Counted from the first letter of the stretch, positions 49,473 to 61,574 are shown. The stretch: DNA of 64,000 bases from Camelus ferus (GCF_009834535.1 NC_045696.1:94118001-94182000); one strand, 5' to 3'. Notes: a model not told the origin generated them from the letters alone. Made by a program: numbers and translations.

Positions 49473-49584
49473 ACCCCAGGATTCAGATTACTTCTTCTGG
49501 TGCTTCCCAACAGGGTTAAGTCCGTTATAGCAATAGGTGATAAGTGCTCCAAGATGTCCGACACAAAAATAAACTAACAGAGTG

Positions 49585-51560
49585 TGATTCATTCACTCAT
49601 TAATTCACTTGGCATTACAGCATACTATGAAAGTACTCGGTGCTGAGACGTGGCTAGACTTGCCTATACAGTGATGAACAGGACAATGTGGTACTTGCCT
49701 TCATGAGCTTGGAGTTTTGTAGGGGATTATGCAAATATCCAATTAATCATAGTTAAGTTAAATCTACTAAAGGAAAAGTCTGGTATATTATGACAGCATA
49801 TACTGAGAGGATTTGATACAGTGTGGGGAGTCAGAGAAGGTCTTCCTAAAGCAAGATAATTATGGCAATGATAAAAGCAATGATAAAAATAATGATGCTA
49901 ACATATATTGAGCATTTAATGTATTCCAGGCACTACTGTAACTGTTTTACTTGCACTCACTCTCCCTATCTTCACAGCTACCTCTACCCAACTTTACAGA
50001 TAAAGAAAATGAGGCAAAGAGAGGTTAGGTCAATTGCTGAAGGTTGTAAAGGAGGTAAGATTTCTGCTGAGACCTGATTAGGAATGAGAGGTAAGGAGGT
50101 GGGGACAGAGAGCGATACATGGAAGCAGTGGCACGTGCAAAGACCCTGAGGCAGGGTGGTCTCCTCTGTGGCCAAAGCGAGGTCAGCACGGGAGAAGGTG
50201 GTATATAAAGGAAGAGAAAGGCAGTCAGGGGTTAGATCCTGACGGGCCTTGTCAGCCAGATTAAGATATTTGTCTTTACCCTGAAAGTAATGTGAAGCTA
50301 TTGATGGGTTGATACAGGACAATGTCTTAAAGAAATTTGTATTGTAAAAGAAAAAAAGGTTTAGTTTCAATATGAAGAAAGGATTGGAGGGGGACAAGAG
50401 TCTCTAAAAGGTTAATAAGAAGCTTCAGGAAGAAGATAATGGTGACTTGGACTAACCTGGTGACAGTAAAGATGAACAGACATGAACACATCTGCAGTTA
50501 TTAAGAGGCAGGATTAAGAAGACAGGGCTAACACCTAGAACACTGTCAGGATCAGCTGGGTGGGTGGTGGTGCCACCTACTTCAGTGAAGGGGTACTGGA
50601 TGAAGAACAGGTTTTGGAGGGAAAATTGTAGCTTTGGTTTGGACATATTGAATTTGAGGGCCTATGTGGCATCCAAAAAGCTATGCCAGTACACCAAAAG
50701 GCAACAGGAAATACAGTTCCGTAGTTCACAGAGAGGTCAGGATAGAAACAGAATTTCCGAGGTCATTGATATAGCGACAGCATTTGAAACTGTGGGAGGG
50801 AGAGAGTTTGACTGGGCAGAGAGAGGAGGATGAGGAGACTACGGGCTTCAGACTGGGTTCCAAGGATCTCCAGTATTTAAAGATCAGGCAGGAAAGGAAA
50901 GCGAAGTCTGGCTGAGAGGTAGGAGGAGGTCAATCAGAAGATGGGACATGATGTGACAGAAGCCAAGGGAAGAGAGGATTTCAAGGCAGTAAGCACATCT
51001 AACACTTCTGAGTAAGATGACAAATGAGAAGTCTTAATTAGAATTAGTAGCAGAAAAGTCATCAAAGAGCTTATCAAAAATAATTTTAGTGATGTGAAGA
51101 GGGCAATGAGTTTATTGGAAGGAGTGGACGGGTGAAATAAGGAATCAGAAAAGTAAGAATTTTGTACCTTCTTAAAGAAGTTTGGCTTTAGGGGAAGACA
51201 GGGAGTGGCTGAAGGTAACGTGGGATCTTGGTGTGCACGTGTACGTGCGTGTATGTGTGATTTTAAATAGGGAATTTTAGTTTAGATCAAACATAAATAT
51301 TCACGGTAAGGATTCAGGGAAGAGAGAGAGAGTTATTTAGGACACAGGATAAAGAGGGAAATCAGCAGCCTAAGACTCTCGGAAATTTAAAAGTGGTGGG
51401 ATTTGTAACAGGCAGGGAGGGCGGGAGGGTGCAGGAACAGATCTGGTACCAGGAAGCTGAGGAAGTTTATATTTCATGGCTTCTGATTGTTGTGAGGGAT
51501 AGGAGGTGAGGTCATGGGCCCAGGTGAGAGCAAGAGGGGCTTGGCAATTTGAGGAGGTTG
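49585..51560 (-). mobile_element. Long L2 relic interrupted by a MIR
   Basis: Starts ATTCATTCACTCATT (L2 tail). Purine-rich body with GTGCAAAGACCCTGAGG, TTTGGACATATTGAATTTGAGG and CAGAAGCCAAGGGAAGAGAG. Confidence 0.8.
49860..50060 (-). mobile_element. MIR nested in L2
   Basis: GCTAACATATATTGAGCATT..CCAGGCACT...TTTACAGATAAAGAAAATGAGGCAAAGAGAGGTTA. Confidence 0.8.
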
Positions 51561-53277
51561 AAACAATCATTGCAGAGAGGGAAGGCTGTTGGAGAAATCC
51601 AGGTGAGAAGGCATTCTGGTTCAGAGATCTCTGTCACTGTTTTCCAGACGTGTTTCAAATGTCTGGGATGAGGCTGATGCACGGTCAACACTTAGCATAT
51701 TTGCTGAAAGAATATTTTATGAATTTGAGGTTGCAAGGTGATCATTGCCTAAATGCCAAAGCACAGAAACATAGTTTCCTCTCTGTTTATATGTGACCTC
51801 GAGTCCCTTCACACAATTGAAGGCAGTTCTTAGCAGGCTTAAAAGGAAATTCCAGTTTAGGGATTTGAAACTCTGTGAAGAAATGTAGCTTCTTTTGAAT
51901 TACAACTTACATCCGTGAGAAAAGATTATGCATTTTCACCTTAGTCCCTTTAGAAAGTTAGTTCATTTTCTGTTAAGTCCTTGCCTCCTTTCAGACAATT
52001 TCTTCTTTCCTTTAAGGCACCTTTGCCAAGGACACATCCACACTTAGGAAGCTTTTGTCAAAGGATTACCACTTCTTTTTAAGAAATGTGTCCATGTTAG
52101 AAAGAGATTTGTCATAGAATGGGTGGCAATTACTCCATGTCCAGAATGGAAGGGATAATGGCATACTTCTTACACGCCTCCCCTGTGTCACTTCTGTCTT
52201 TACTATGCACCAAATGGCTTGAGTCAGTTTTGACGTTTGCCACTTCTTATGGAAATTTTATAAGTGATTTGACAATACCTATTTTTATCAATGTCGATTA
52301 AGTTCAGCAACCCAGCTTTCAATTCTGCAGTGAATATTCGTGTATCTCCTCACATTCTACTGGTATCATTTAGGCTTCTCTTTCACTGCTTATATTTTAT
52401 TTTGGAATTGAAATTAGCATAACTTTTTAGTAATCGTCATTCTTGATAATGATTTAGTAGCTTTGGATTCACAGAGAGAAAATCTGCTTAAATTATCCCA
52501 GGAGCGTATATATGAATAGAGATGATTTCTTGATTAAATCCTGCATTCTTCCTGTTCCTTTGTCCGGCTTGATTGTGTCCCTTCTTTCTAATAGTAATTG
52601 AGAACCATCCTGTGACAATATGTTTATAAACGATAGCACTTTATTTTCTAATGATAGCATTATTAGAAAAGAATTTTTAAACCATTTCATATTTTAAAAG
52701 GTGATATTTGTTCATTCCACAGAACCAGGAAATTTTCAAAAAGATGTAACATACCATCAATGATAAAATACTCCGACGGTCACAGACATTTAATTATGCG
52801 AGTCATGTTAGCAGCCTCAGAATAGCTTTTATTTGTTAGTTTAGAAAAATGCTACTCATCATCTAGAATCATCAGCTTTCAGAAATGTTTTTCAATGCAG
52901 TTTGTTTTCCGCAAGGAATAACTTGTATATGAAATATATTCCAGAATAAAGCCTAATTCCCCCTGAATGGCTTGCGTATGAGTGACTCATTATGGGCTAA
53001 GTGACAATTAATTCATTTTCATCATTCATCGATTCATTTCAACTTTGGTTAGGCAAATTAATCACCTGAGGTGCACCCTGTTTGAATCCATGTGTTAGGT
53101 CTGCATATAAAGTAACTACAGGAGAAAACAACAACAACAAAAAAGCCTGTTTCTGCCTCCTCAGGACCAAGCAGAGTGCACTGCAAGTGGTAAACGCTTG
53201 ATAAACAATTACTGAAAAAAACAAAAATTTGCTCAAATTCTCACTATTACTCATTTTAGGTGACATGCATATCTCTA

Positions 53278-53280
<3 letters not shown>

Positions 53281-53354
<74 letters not shown>

Positions 53355-53358
53355 TTTT
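53281..53358. repeat. (TA)28 followed by T22
   Basis: Read directly from the sequence. Confidence 0.95.
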
Positions 53359-54089
53359 AGATTTACTTCCACGCTATCAAAATAACTGCTGGCATTGCGA
53401 CAACTATTACTGAAATTGTCTTCCATTAAGTGTCTACTGTGTATCTAGAGTAGGCAAAATGTTCAAGTATTTCACCTAACTGCAAGAAATGTGGAACCTT
53501 TAGCCACAGAGGAAACAGTTTTAAAATTCCAATGACCTTAGTGCATAAGGCTGGCCATGATCTGGCCTCAAACTGCTGTGTCTCCAAATGGTAGGGGCTT
53601 TGAATTGTTTTGAAAACATATGACCTTTTTGAAAAGAGCATCAGAATCGCTATTGCAGATACTCCATCGATACAGGATGGGTCACATCCAAAATCTAGTT
53701 TGATGTCAAGACTGATGATGCCACACACACACCCGCACAGTACGTGAAAAGATTTACTGCTAACCTCCCAGGCAAGTCTGAAATGACTCAGAGAGCAGGA
53801 AGGGGAGTCTTGGCGTCTTTGTGGCGGTTACAAGCTAGGATCACAAAGAAGGTTCCTGCGTGCTTTGAATCTTCTCACTGGTGCCAAAGGAAGGAGCACC
53901 TGGGCTCTCTTAGCTGGGGGCAGAAGGGATGAGGGACGGGTGAAACCTAAAAGATGCTTGTACTCAGGCATCAAAGACAGAGTCAGATTCTTTATTCCAG
54001 AAGCCATCAGGGGAAAAGTCAGAATTTCGTGGAGAGAAGTGTAAATTCTCATCTTTGTATTGTTCTCAATAATCTGTTTCATGGCAGGC

Positions 54090-54618
54090 AAGGAATCACT
54101 TCCTTTGGAGTGCTTAAGGCCTCAAAGGCTGTGATTGGCCCTGGGCCACAACTTAACCTTTCTAACCTTCTCTTCTACTATCTTCCTTTTTGGAACCAAC
54201 TGTTAGCCACAGGGAATCATGGTCCAGCTTGACCCCCTGTCTTTGCTCATGTTCTTCTCTAGTCCTGGAAGCCTTTCCCTCCTCATTTGCAGGTGTGAGT
54301 CTTCAAGTCCAGTTTAGAGGTTTGAACCTTCTCATGGTTCTGCCTCTTAGAAGAAACTGCTGCTGCTTCTAAAGCCCCAAAGCATATTCTGTTTTTCTGA
54401 CAGCACTTGCTGTTCTCCAGAGAGTCTCTGAAAGTGCCTGGAGAACAGAATCTGAGATTGATATTTATATCTTCCACACTGTCTTTCTCATAGGATATCA
54501 GCTCTAAGAGGGCAGGAACTTTTTTTTATTGAAGTATAGTTGATTTACAATGTTGTGTTAGTTTCTGGTGTACAGCAAAGTGATTCAGATATATATATAT
54601 ATAGATAGAGAGATATAG

Positions 54619-54686
<68 letters not shown>

Positions 54687-54840
54687 TTTTTCATTACAGT
54701 TACTACAAGCCATTGAATATAGTTCCCAGGAACTTTGTTTTGCTCATTGTTATTCCTTTAACTCTTGGAACAGTGCCTGGCACAGGTGTTCACTGTATAC
54801 TATCTTGTAAATAAATAACAAATATTTATTGAATAAATAA
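54090..54840 (+). mobile_element. L2 3' region interrupted by an L1 tail
   Basis: AGCTCTAAGAGGGCAGGAACTTT|GTTTTGCTCATTG...GAACAGTGCCTGGCACA...AAATATTTATTGAATAAATAA. Confidence 0.7.
54523..54726 (-). mobile_element. Short L1 3' tail with 10-bp TSD and internal (TA)/(GA)/(CA) microsatellite
   Basis: TTTATTGAAGTATAGTTGATTTACAATGTTGTGTTAGTTTCTGGTGTACAGC. TSD CAGGAACTTT at 54513-54522 and 54727-54736. Confidence 0.9.
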
Positions 54841-55799
54841 AAGCTAAATTCATACAGGGTCTCTGACTCAAACTTGAATTAGTCTCAATTTGCTTCTTCA
54901 TGCATTGCTTAAATAAAAGGAAAATGCATACTTTATGTCAAGTTTAGCATTTCAACTGGCTGAGTTGGCAGTCGAACTAATTTAAAGGGAAAATCAATAT
55001 TGAACCAGGCATCCACAACTGGGTGTCTCTGATACGGTTCTGTAACAGAGAATCTAGCATTTTCAGAAATGGAGACAGACTTTGATTGAAACAGAGTGTT
55101 AAATAACCTGTGATCATTGAGAAGGTATTTGGGAAGCACAGACATTTTGCTTTTGCCCAATTTTCAGAGACCTATGCTAAATCTGTTCCTTTTACTCACA
55201 GCTGTGGGCAAAATTAGCAGATGCTTAGAGGCTGGCTTCCTCAGGCTGTGCACAAACTTTCCTGAGCTGTACCCGTAGGCACCACATTTATTGGAGGCCA
55301 ATCTAAGTCAGATTATAAGATAAGAAGAGATTTCAAATACTGGTCTTGTGAACACAGAATGATATCAGGTGGGTTGGTCTGAGTGAAAGACATCTAATGA
55401 GGAAAGAGAAATCAGGAGTGAATAATTCCAAAGAAGTTTGGCCTCAATGCTCAAGGCCTAACTCTTTTCTAGGCAAATATAAACCACAGTCTGCAGAAGG
55501 TTACAGCTTCTGCACTCAGATATGTACTCCCCAAATTAAGGGTGTCAAATTCCAACATCAAGAATTCCTAGCTAAATTGGATTTCAACTGATAGCTGTTT
55601 GTTTTAAAGAAGTTTTCTTGCCTTTCTATTTCTCTGTATCTCTTCATATTCAAGAACTTGCCTGTTTTTTATTCTTAGGTTACAGATGCCACACTGGAAA
55701 AGACAAAAGGAAAAAGAGGATATCTGATTTAAGAAGAGGATAATCATTAGGAATAGGAGGACTGGTAAGCTGATTACAAAGGAGCCTGGGGGAGGCTGT

Positions 55800-56212
55800 A
55801 TTTTCCACTCCTTGAATCTGCACTGGTCTTATGATTTGCTTTGAGGAAACACTGTATGTAGTTCAGAGCCCAGGCTTTAAGAGGTCTTGCAACTTCTGCC
55901 CTCCTAGATGCTGCCCTGAAGGTTCCATGTAAGAAGCTAGCCTTGCTTCCTGGAAAGTGAGAGGCCACATGGAGATGCATCAAGGCACCTCAGCCAAGAG
56001 TCAACCAACCACCAGATGTTTGAGAGAGGTCACATTAGACGTTTTATTTCAGCTGAGCCCCCAACTGAATGCAGTTGTGTGAGTGAGCTCAGGTGAACCC
56101 AGCAGAGAAACCACCCAGCCAACTCACAGATTTGTGAGAAATATAAATCATCTTGTTTTTAGCCACTAAGCTTCGGGATGATTTTGTTACACGGCTAAAG
56201 GTAACTGATGCA
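55800..56212 (+). mobile_element. MLT1G/H-like MaLR LTR
   Basis: GAGCCCAGGCTTTAAGAGG...GAGAGGCCACATGGAG...CCACCCAGCCAACTCACAGA...TTTAGCCACTAAG...TAACTGATGCA. Confidence 0.82.
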
Positions 56213-56619
56213 CAGCCTGATGGTGAGTTTTACCTTTAATTAGTCTACCTGGCAAGTCTTAGTCAATTCTTTCCACTTTCCAACTTCTTAGATTTTTTAC
56301 AACAATAAAACTCTACATCTTTAAATATTATATATCTCTGAAGGGTCATTAATTTGTTCATTCATTCACTGATTCACTCAGTTTGGTGTTGCTCAAGTAT
56401 CATAAATGTGTTAGGAAGTAGCAAAATGAGACTTTACAGGTAGGCTGACACTAGACCCCGGCTTTTCAATTCAATATGGGCTGACAGTTAAAAATGAAAT
56501 AGAATAGATGTCAACATCACACATAGTAAAGCTAAGCATGGTTTCGTTTATTAAAACATATGAGTATGGTGATTCATAATATAAATGTTTCTCTTACCTT
56601 AGTAAAAACAGTTTGAAAG

Positions 56620-58070
56620 TCACTGGACAAGATCATGGAAAGCACCACACAGTATCCTGAAAAACCTGGATTTTCCCCTATAGTCAGAGGTGTCATTGAA
56701 GAGTTTTAGGCAGGGTTGTACATGGGTTTTAAACTGACTGACCTGGTGGCTGTGTGATAGATCTATATGAAGGAGGATGGCAGAAGTAGGGAGAGGAGTT
56801 AGAAGTCTAGGCTGAAACAGGGATAAACAGGGAGGCTTTCTTTTAACAAGGATTTACTAGGTTTGGAGAGAAAGAAGCCTACTTGAGAAGTGTTCGGCAT
56901 TTAGATCAGAAAAACTCTGAGATTGGATATGGAGGTGAAGGGAAGGAAGGAATCAAGGAAATGACTGATATTAGTAGGACAGATTTTATTTGGAAAATAA
57001 TGTTAGGAAAGGCATCGTGGATGATAGAGATTTCTATCTTGTATGAACAGCATGGCCACGAGCAGGGATAAATAATGTAGGTATAAGAGTAGCATTTGTA
57101 TTGGGGGCTTTATTTATTTTATCTTATTTTAAATTTTTTTTATCAGGGGCTTTATTTATTAATTTAGTTTGGGGCATGGCAAATATCCATGCTGTTTGTA
57201 GGACATTCAAATAGCAGGTAGCTAGATACATGAGTTTGAAGCTGGAGAAACAGATGTGAGCATCATTAGATGGTGATTGAAACCAAGATGGTAGGTGTGT
57301 GAAGACACTCTAAAGAGAGAGAAATGGGGTCAAGAAAAGAACTTTTAAGTGTTGGGGAAGCCCTTCAGTGGTCAAAGTAAAAGGAGGCCAGAATGATGGC
57401 AGAGGAGGAAGGCCAGGACCTGCATTGCACCAGAAATCAAAGGAAAGGACATTGCCAAGGAGGCTGGGTTTAATAGTGTCAAGTGAAACAGAGAGATCTA
57501 GGGAGATGAAAACTAAAATTGGTCAGATAAGATTGGTAAAATAGGATCAGGCAATTGGGAGGTTATTTATAAGCACATCAGCGGAGTGTTGGGGGCAATA
57601 GCCAGATGGCAGTGGTTTAAATGAGTAGAAAGAGAAAGGATGTCTGGATAAGATTGAAAGGCAAGCTTCTTCCCCCACCTCCCTTGCATGAGTTCCTTCT
57701 ACTTGCTGCTTCTGCGTTATCATAATTCAGGCCTCCACTGCCTCTTGCCTGGACCACTGCCTCCACACTGTTTACTGTACAGACTCTGGGATTTAAAGAA
57801 TCACAAGAATTGTGACAAGTAGAAAAAAACCTGACACATGAATTGTCCTTACAGCACTAGGTGACAGGTACTCTGCCCACCTGAATACAAAGCCAACGAT
57901 AACATGGCGGCAGGAGTATTTAAACTTTCCTGGGAAGTTTAGAAAATGTCCCAGAGAATATGGCATTTGAACTGAATCTTGAAAGATGAGTGGGTTTTCC
58001 CAGAGGACTAGGCCATTTGCAGTAGAGGGATGGCACGTACAAGCCAAACAACAGGACACGTGGCCAGAAG
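56620..58070 (-). mobile_element. L2 relic(s), probably continuing after the LTR cluster at about 60985-61150
   Basis: CATTGAAGAGTTTTAGGCAGGG, TTGGATATGGAGGTGAAGGGAAGGAAGGAATCAAG, CATTTGAACTGAATCTTGAAAGATGAGT. Confidence 0.65.
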
Positions 58071-58079
58071 GTAGGTGGG

Positions 58080-58429
58080 TGTCAGTCTACTTGGCTGCCA
58101 CAACAAATGCCACAGACAGGGTGCCTCAAACAAAAGAAACTTATCTCTCACGGTCCTGGAGGATGGAAGTCCAAGGTCAGGGTGCCTGCACAATCAGACC
58201 CTGGTGAGTTCTCTTTTCCTGCCTTACAGATGGCTCCCCTCTTGCTGTGTCCTTACTTGGTGGAGAGAGAGAAAGAGCCCTTCTCTTATTAGAGCACCAA
58301 CCCCATCATGAGGGCACCACCCTCATGACATCATCCAAACCCAATTATCTCCCAAAGGCCCATCCCCAAATACCAAGGGTTAGGGCTTCAACACAGGAAT
58401 CTTGGAAGGACACAATTTTACCTACAACA
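58080..58429 (-). mobile_element. MLT1A-type MaLR LTR (3' LTR of a provirus relic)
   Basis: GGCTGCCACAACAAATGCCACAGAC...GGAAGTCCAAGGTCAGGGTGCC...ATGAGGGCACCACCCTCATGAC...TTAGGGCTTCAACA...CTACAACA. Confidence 0.88.
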
Positions 58430-58668
58430 CTCTGCCTATAGCCCCCTAAAATTCATGTCCTTTTTGAATACAAGGTACATTCACTCCATCTCAATAGCTC
58501 CAAAGGTCCTAACTCAATTCCCTATCAACTCTAAAGCCCAAGGTCTAAAGTCTCATTTAAATATCATCTAAAGCAAGCATGAGTGAGATTCAGGGCATGA
58601 TTCAGACTGAGGCAAAATTTCTCTCCAGCTGTGAACCTTTGTAAATAGGTGTTCTGAGATCTAATTTC

Positions 58669-58714
<46 letters not shown>

Positions 58715-60516
58715 GTGCGGGGGTGTGGCGGGTAGTTTAAAGGTTCAATCCTACGAGACTGCCCCCTTCAGAAGCCAATCACAAGCCCAGGTTATTACCT
58801 GTAATTTTGACTGACTGGCTACAGATTGGAGGTTCCCATGATCCCCTCCTTGGACTTCAGATGCAATTCACAAGTTCAAGTTGCTACCTGAACTTATGAC
58901 TGACTGACTATAAATCAGAGGTTTCACAATCCCCTCTCCTTTGGTTTAATTCATTTGCTAGAGGGGCTCCCAAAACTCAGAAAAACATTTTACTCACTAG
59001 ATTACTAGTTTATCATAAAAGGATATAATAGGAATTGCCAGATGGGAGAGGTGTTCAGGGCAAGGCACATGAAAAAGGGTGTGGAGCTGCCATGCCCTCA
59101 CCAGGTGTGTCACTTTCCCCAGATCTCCATGTGTTCACCAACACAGGAGCTCTATGAACTCTGTCCTTTTAAGTTTTTATGGCTTCATAACAGAAGCATG
59201 ACTGATTAAATCATTGGCCACTGGTGACTGACTTAACCTCCAGCCCTTCTTCCCTCCCTGGAAATCAGAGGGTGGGACTGAAAGTTCTAACCCTCTTTCC
59301 TAGGTTGGTTCCCCTGGCAACCAGCCTCAATCCTTAGGTATAGTCCAGAAGTCACCTGATTAACATAGCAAGAGACACCTCTATCACTCTCATCAGACAA
59401 CCCCGAATGACTTCAGTAGCCCTGTGCCAGAAACAAGGATGAAGACCACATATATATATTTCTTAGGATAAATCACAATCATCACACTGTGGAACCAGAC
59501 AAATTTTGTGTTTCCAAAGTACAATGGTGGGACAGGCATAGGATAAACATCTCCAGTCCAAAAGGTTGAAATCAAAAGGAAGAAAGGGGTAACAAGTCCC
59601 AGGCAAATTCAGTACCCAGCAAGGTAAACTCCATCAGATCCCCAGAATCAAGATTAACCCTTTTGGTTCAATGACCCACCTTCCAGATCCACTTGGGCAA
59701 CAGCCCCTTTCCCATGACTCTGCTGGCCAAGGGTTTGTCCCCAAGGTTCTGCTGGGCATGGACATTATCCCGAAGGCTCCAGGGAGCTCTCCCCCCAGGG
59801 CTCTGGGTGACCCCACCCTTGCGGTATTGATTAGAAGGCCCTGTCTATCCCCTTCAGTCCAATCTGGCAAGGTCCCTGCTCATACAATCCCATCATCTCT
59901 TTATTGAGTGATAATCCAACCCCTGGTGTTCCCTTTTGAACATGCTTTCTCACTTTTCTGCAATATAGACAGGATGAGAAGTATCTAAATCTTCACGTTT
60001 TGGATCCTTTTTGCTGAACAATTCCTTCTTTATTTCATCTCTCTCTTCCTGCATTTTACTACAAGCAGTCAGGAGGAACCGATTTTAATACGTTGCTTAG
60101 AAATCTCCTCCACTAAATATCCAATTTTATCACTTGCAAGTTCTACCTTCCACACAGCACTGGAACATGAACACAATTCAGCCCAAGTTCCTTGCTACTT
60201 CATAACAAGAATAGCCCTTCCTCCAATTTCCAGCAACATGTTTCCACCTGAGACGTCACCAGAAATGGCCCCCCATTTCTATGTTTCTATAATATTCTGT
60301 TAATGATTATTTGTGTATTTTCTAAGATGGAAAGTTTCCCTCTCTTCTTCTGAGCTCTCTAAAGAATTACCTTTAAAATTTCCTTCATGGCAATGTTGGC
60401 TTCTTCTAGCATGCACTTCAAAACTCTTCCAGACTCTCCTCATGACCCAGTTCCAAAGCCACTGCCACATTTGTAGGCATTTCTTATAGCAGCACCCACT
60501 TCTCAGTACCAAAATC
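58430..60516 (-). mobile_element. MaLR (MLT1) internal region, split by MER21
   Basis: AAAATTCATGTCC..TGAGGCAAAATTTCTCTCCAGCTGTGAACC, resuming CTGTGGAACC..TACAATGGTGGGACAGGCATAGGATA. Ends CAAAGCCACTGCCACATT..TATAGCAGCACCCACTTCTCAGTACCAAAATC, the MaLR internal 5' end. Confidence 0.85.
58640..59486 (-). mobile_element. MER21-family LTR nested in the MaLR internal region, with (TG)n at about 58674-58710
   Basis: Minus strand starts TGTGATGATTGTGATTTATCCTAAGAAATATATATATGTGGTC..TTCTGGCACAGGGCT. Contains CATGACTGATTAAATCATTGGCCA. Confidence 0.85.
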
Positions 60517-60984
60517 TGTCTTAGTCTGGGAACCAATAATATAAGAAGTGATTTACTATAAGGAAATTGACTTACGGAGTTACTGAGGCTGAGAAGTCCC
60601 AGGATCTGCAGTCAGCAAGCTGAAGACCAAGGAGCATCTGTGGTATGGTTCCAGTCCGAGTCCAAAGGCCTGGGAACCAAGAGAGCCAATGATTTAATTC
60701 CAGTCCAAGTCCAAAGCCACAGGCAGGAGAACACCAAAAGTGCCAACTCAAGGACACTGAGAAAGAGCAAATTCTCTCTTATTCTGCCTTCTCCTATTCA
60801 GGCCTTCAGTGGACTGGCCGCAGCTCACCCACACTGAGAAGAGCCATCTGCTTCATTCAGTCTTCTGGTTCAGATGTTAATCTCATCCAGAACCATCCTC
60901 ACAGACACACTCAGAATACTGTTTAACCAAGTATCTGGGTATCCCATGACCCAGTCAAACTGACCCATAACATTAACCAGCACA
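60517..60984 (-). mobile_element. MLT2 (ERVL) LTR abutting the MaLR internal 5' end
   Basis: Reverse-complement homolog of 8706-9206: GAGGCTGAGAAGTCCCAGGATCTGCAGTC...CCTCACAGACACACTCAGAA...CCCAGTCAAACTGACCCATAACATTAACCAGCACA. Confidence 0.9.
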
Positions 60985-61239
60985 GTGTGTACAGAGGGGC
61001 TTGCAGGGACTGAGGTTATACGGGCAGGGCTGGAGCCATTTAAGAGCACACGCGTCAGCCTTCTAAGGCTTTTTGTTCGCTCTTAGCTAATAAGGAAGCA
61101 TTTAAATGTCCTAGCAGCAAGGACACAGGATCAGAATTGTGCTTTAGTTTCTTATTAACATTAACGGTGGTGATTGAAATTTCTTCAGAAATTCACCCCA
61201 AAGACCCCAGAACAATATTTAGAGGCACTCCCATCTAGA

Positions 61240-61380
61240 TTCACAGCCTGGCTTCAGCACTTACTATTTATGTGAATTTGGCAAGTTACTTAACCTCTTT
61301 CTGAGTCTCAAGTTTTTCCATCGGCAATACAGAAATTTCAGAAGGTCACATGGATTAAATGCCATCATGTTGGAAATAAA
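61240..61380 (+). mobile_element. MIR
   Basis: CACTTACTA..TGTGAATTTGGCAAGTTACTTAACCTCT.TCTGAGTCTCA. Confidence 0.7.
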
Positions 61381-61574
61381 TGGAAAAAAGGATCTTTCCC
61401 TGAATGGTAGCTCTCCTGCCCTCTCTGTGGACAGTCAGCCTAGATATGCAGCCTACATCAGCATATTTTCACCAGTATAGGGACCAAGTGATAAGAAATC
61501 ACATTTCTGTATGAGAAATTTCATTTTACTATTTGTAAAAAAGGGAGCTGATTGATAGAAGTGGACTGATTTTT

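Noticed and set aside
49984..50397. 137-aa minus-strand ORF
   Set aside because: Lies within L2/MIR debris.
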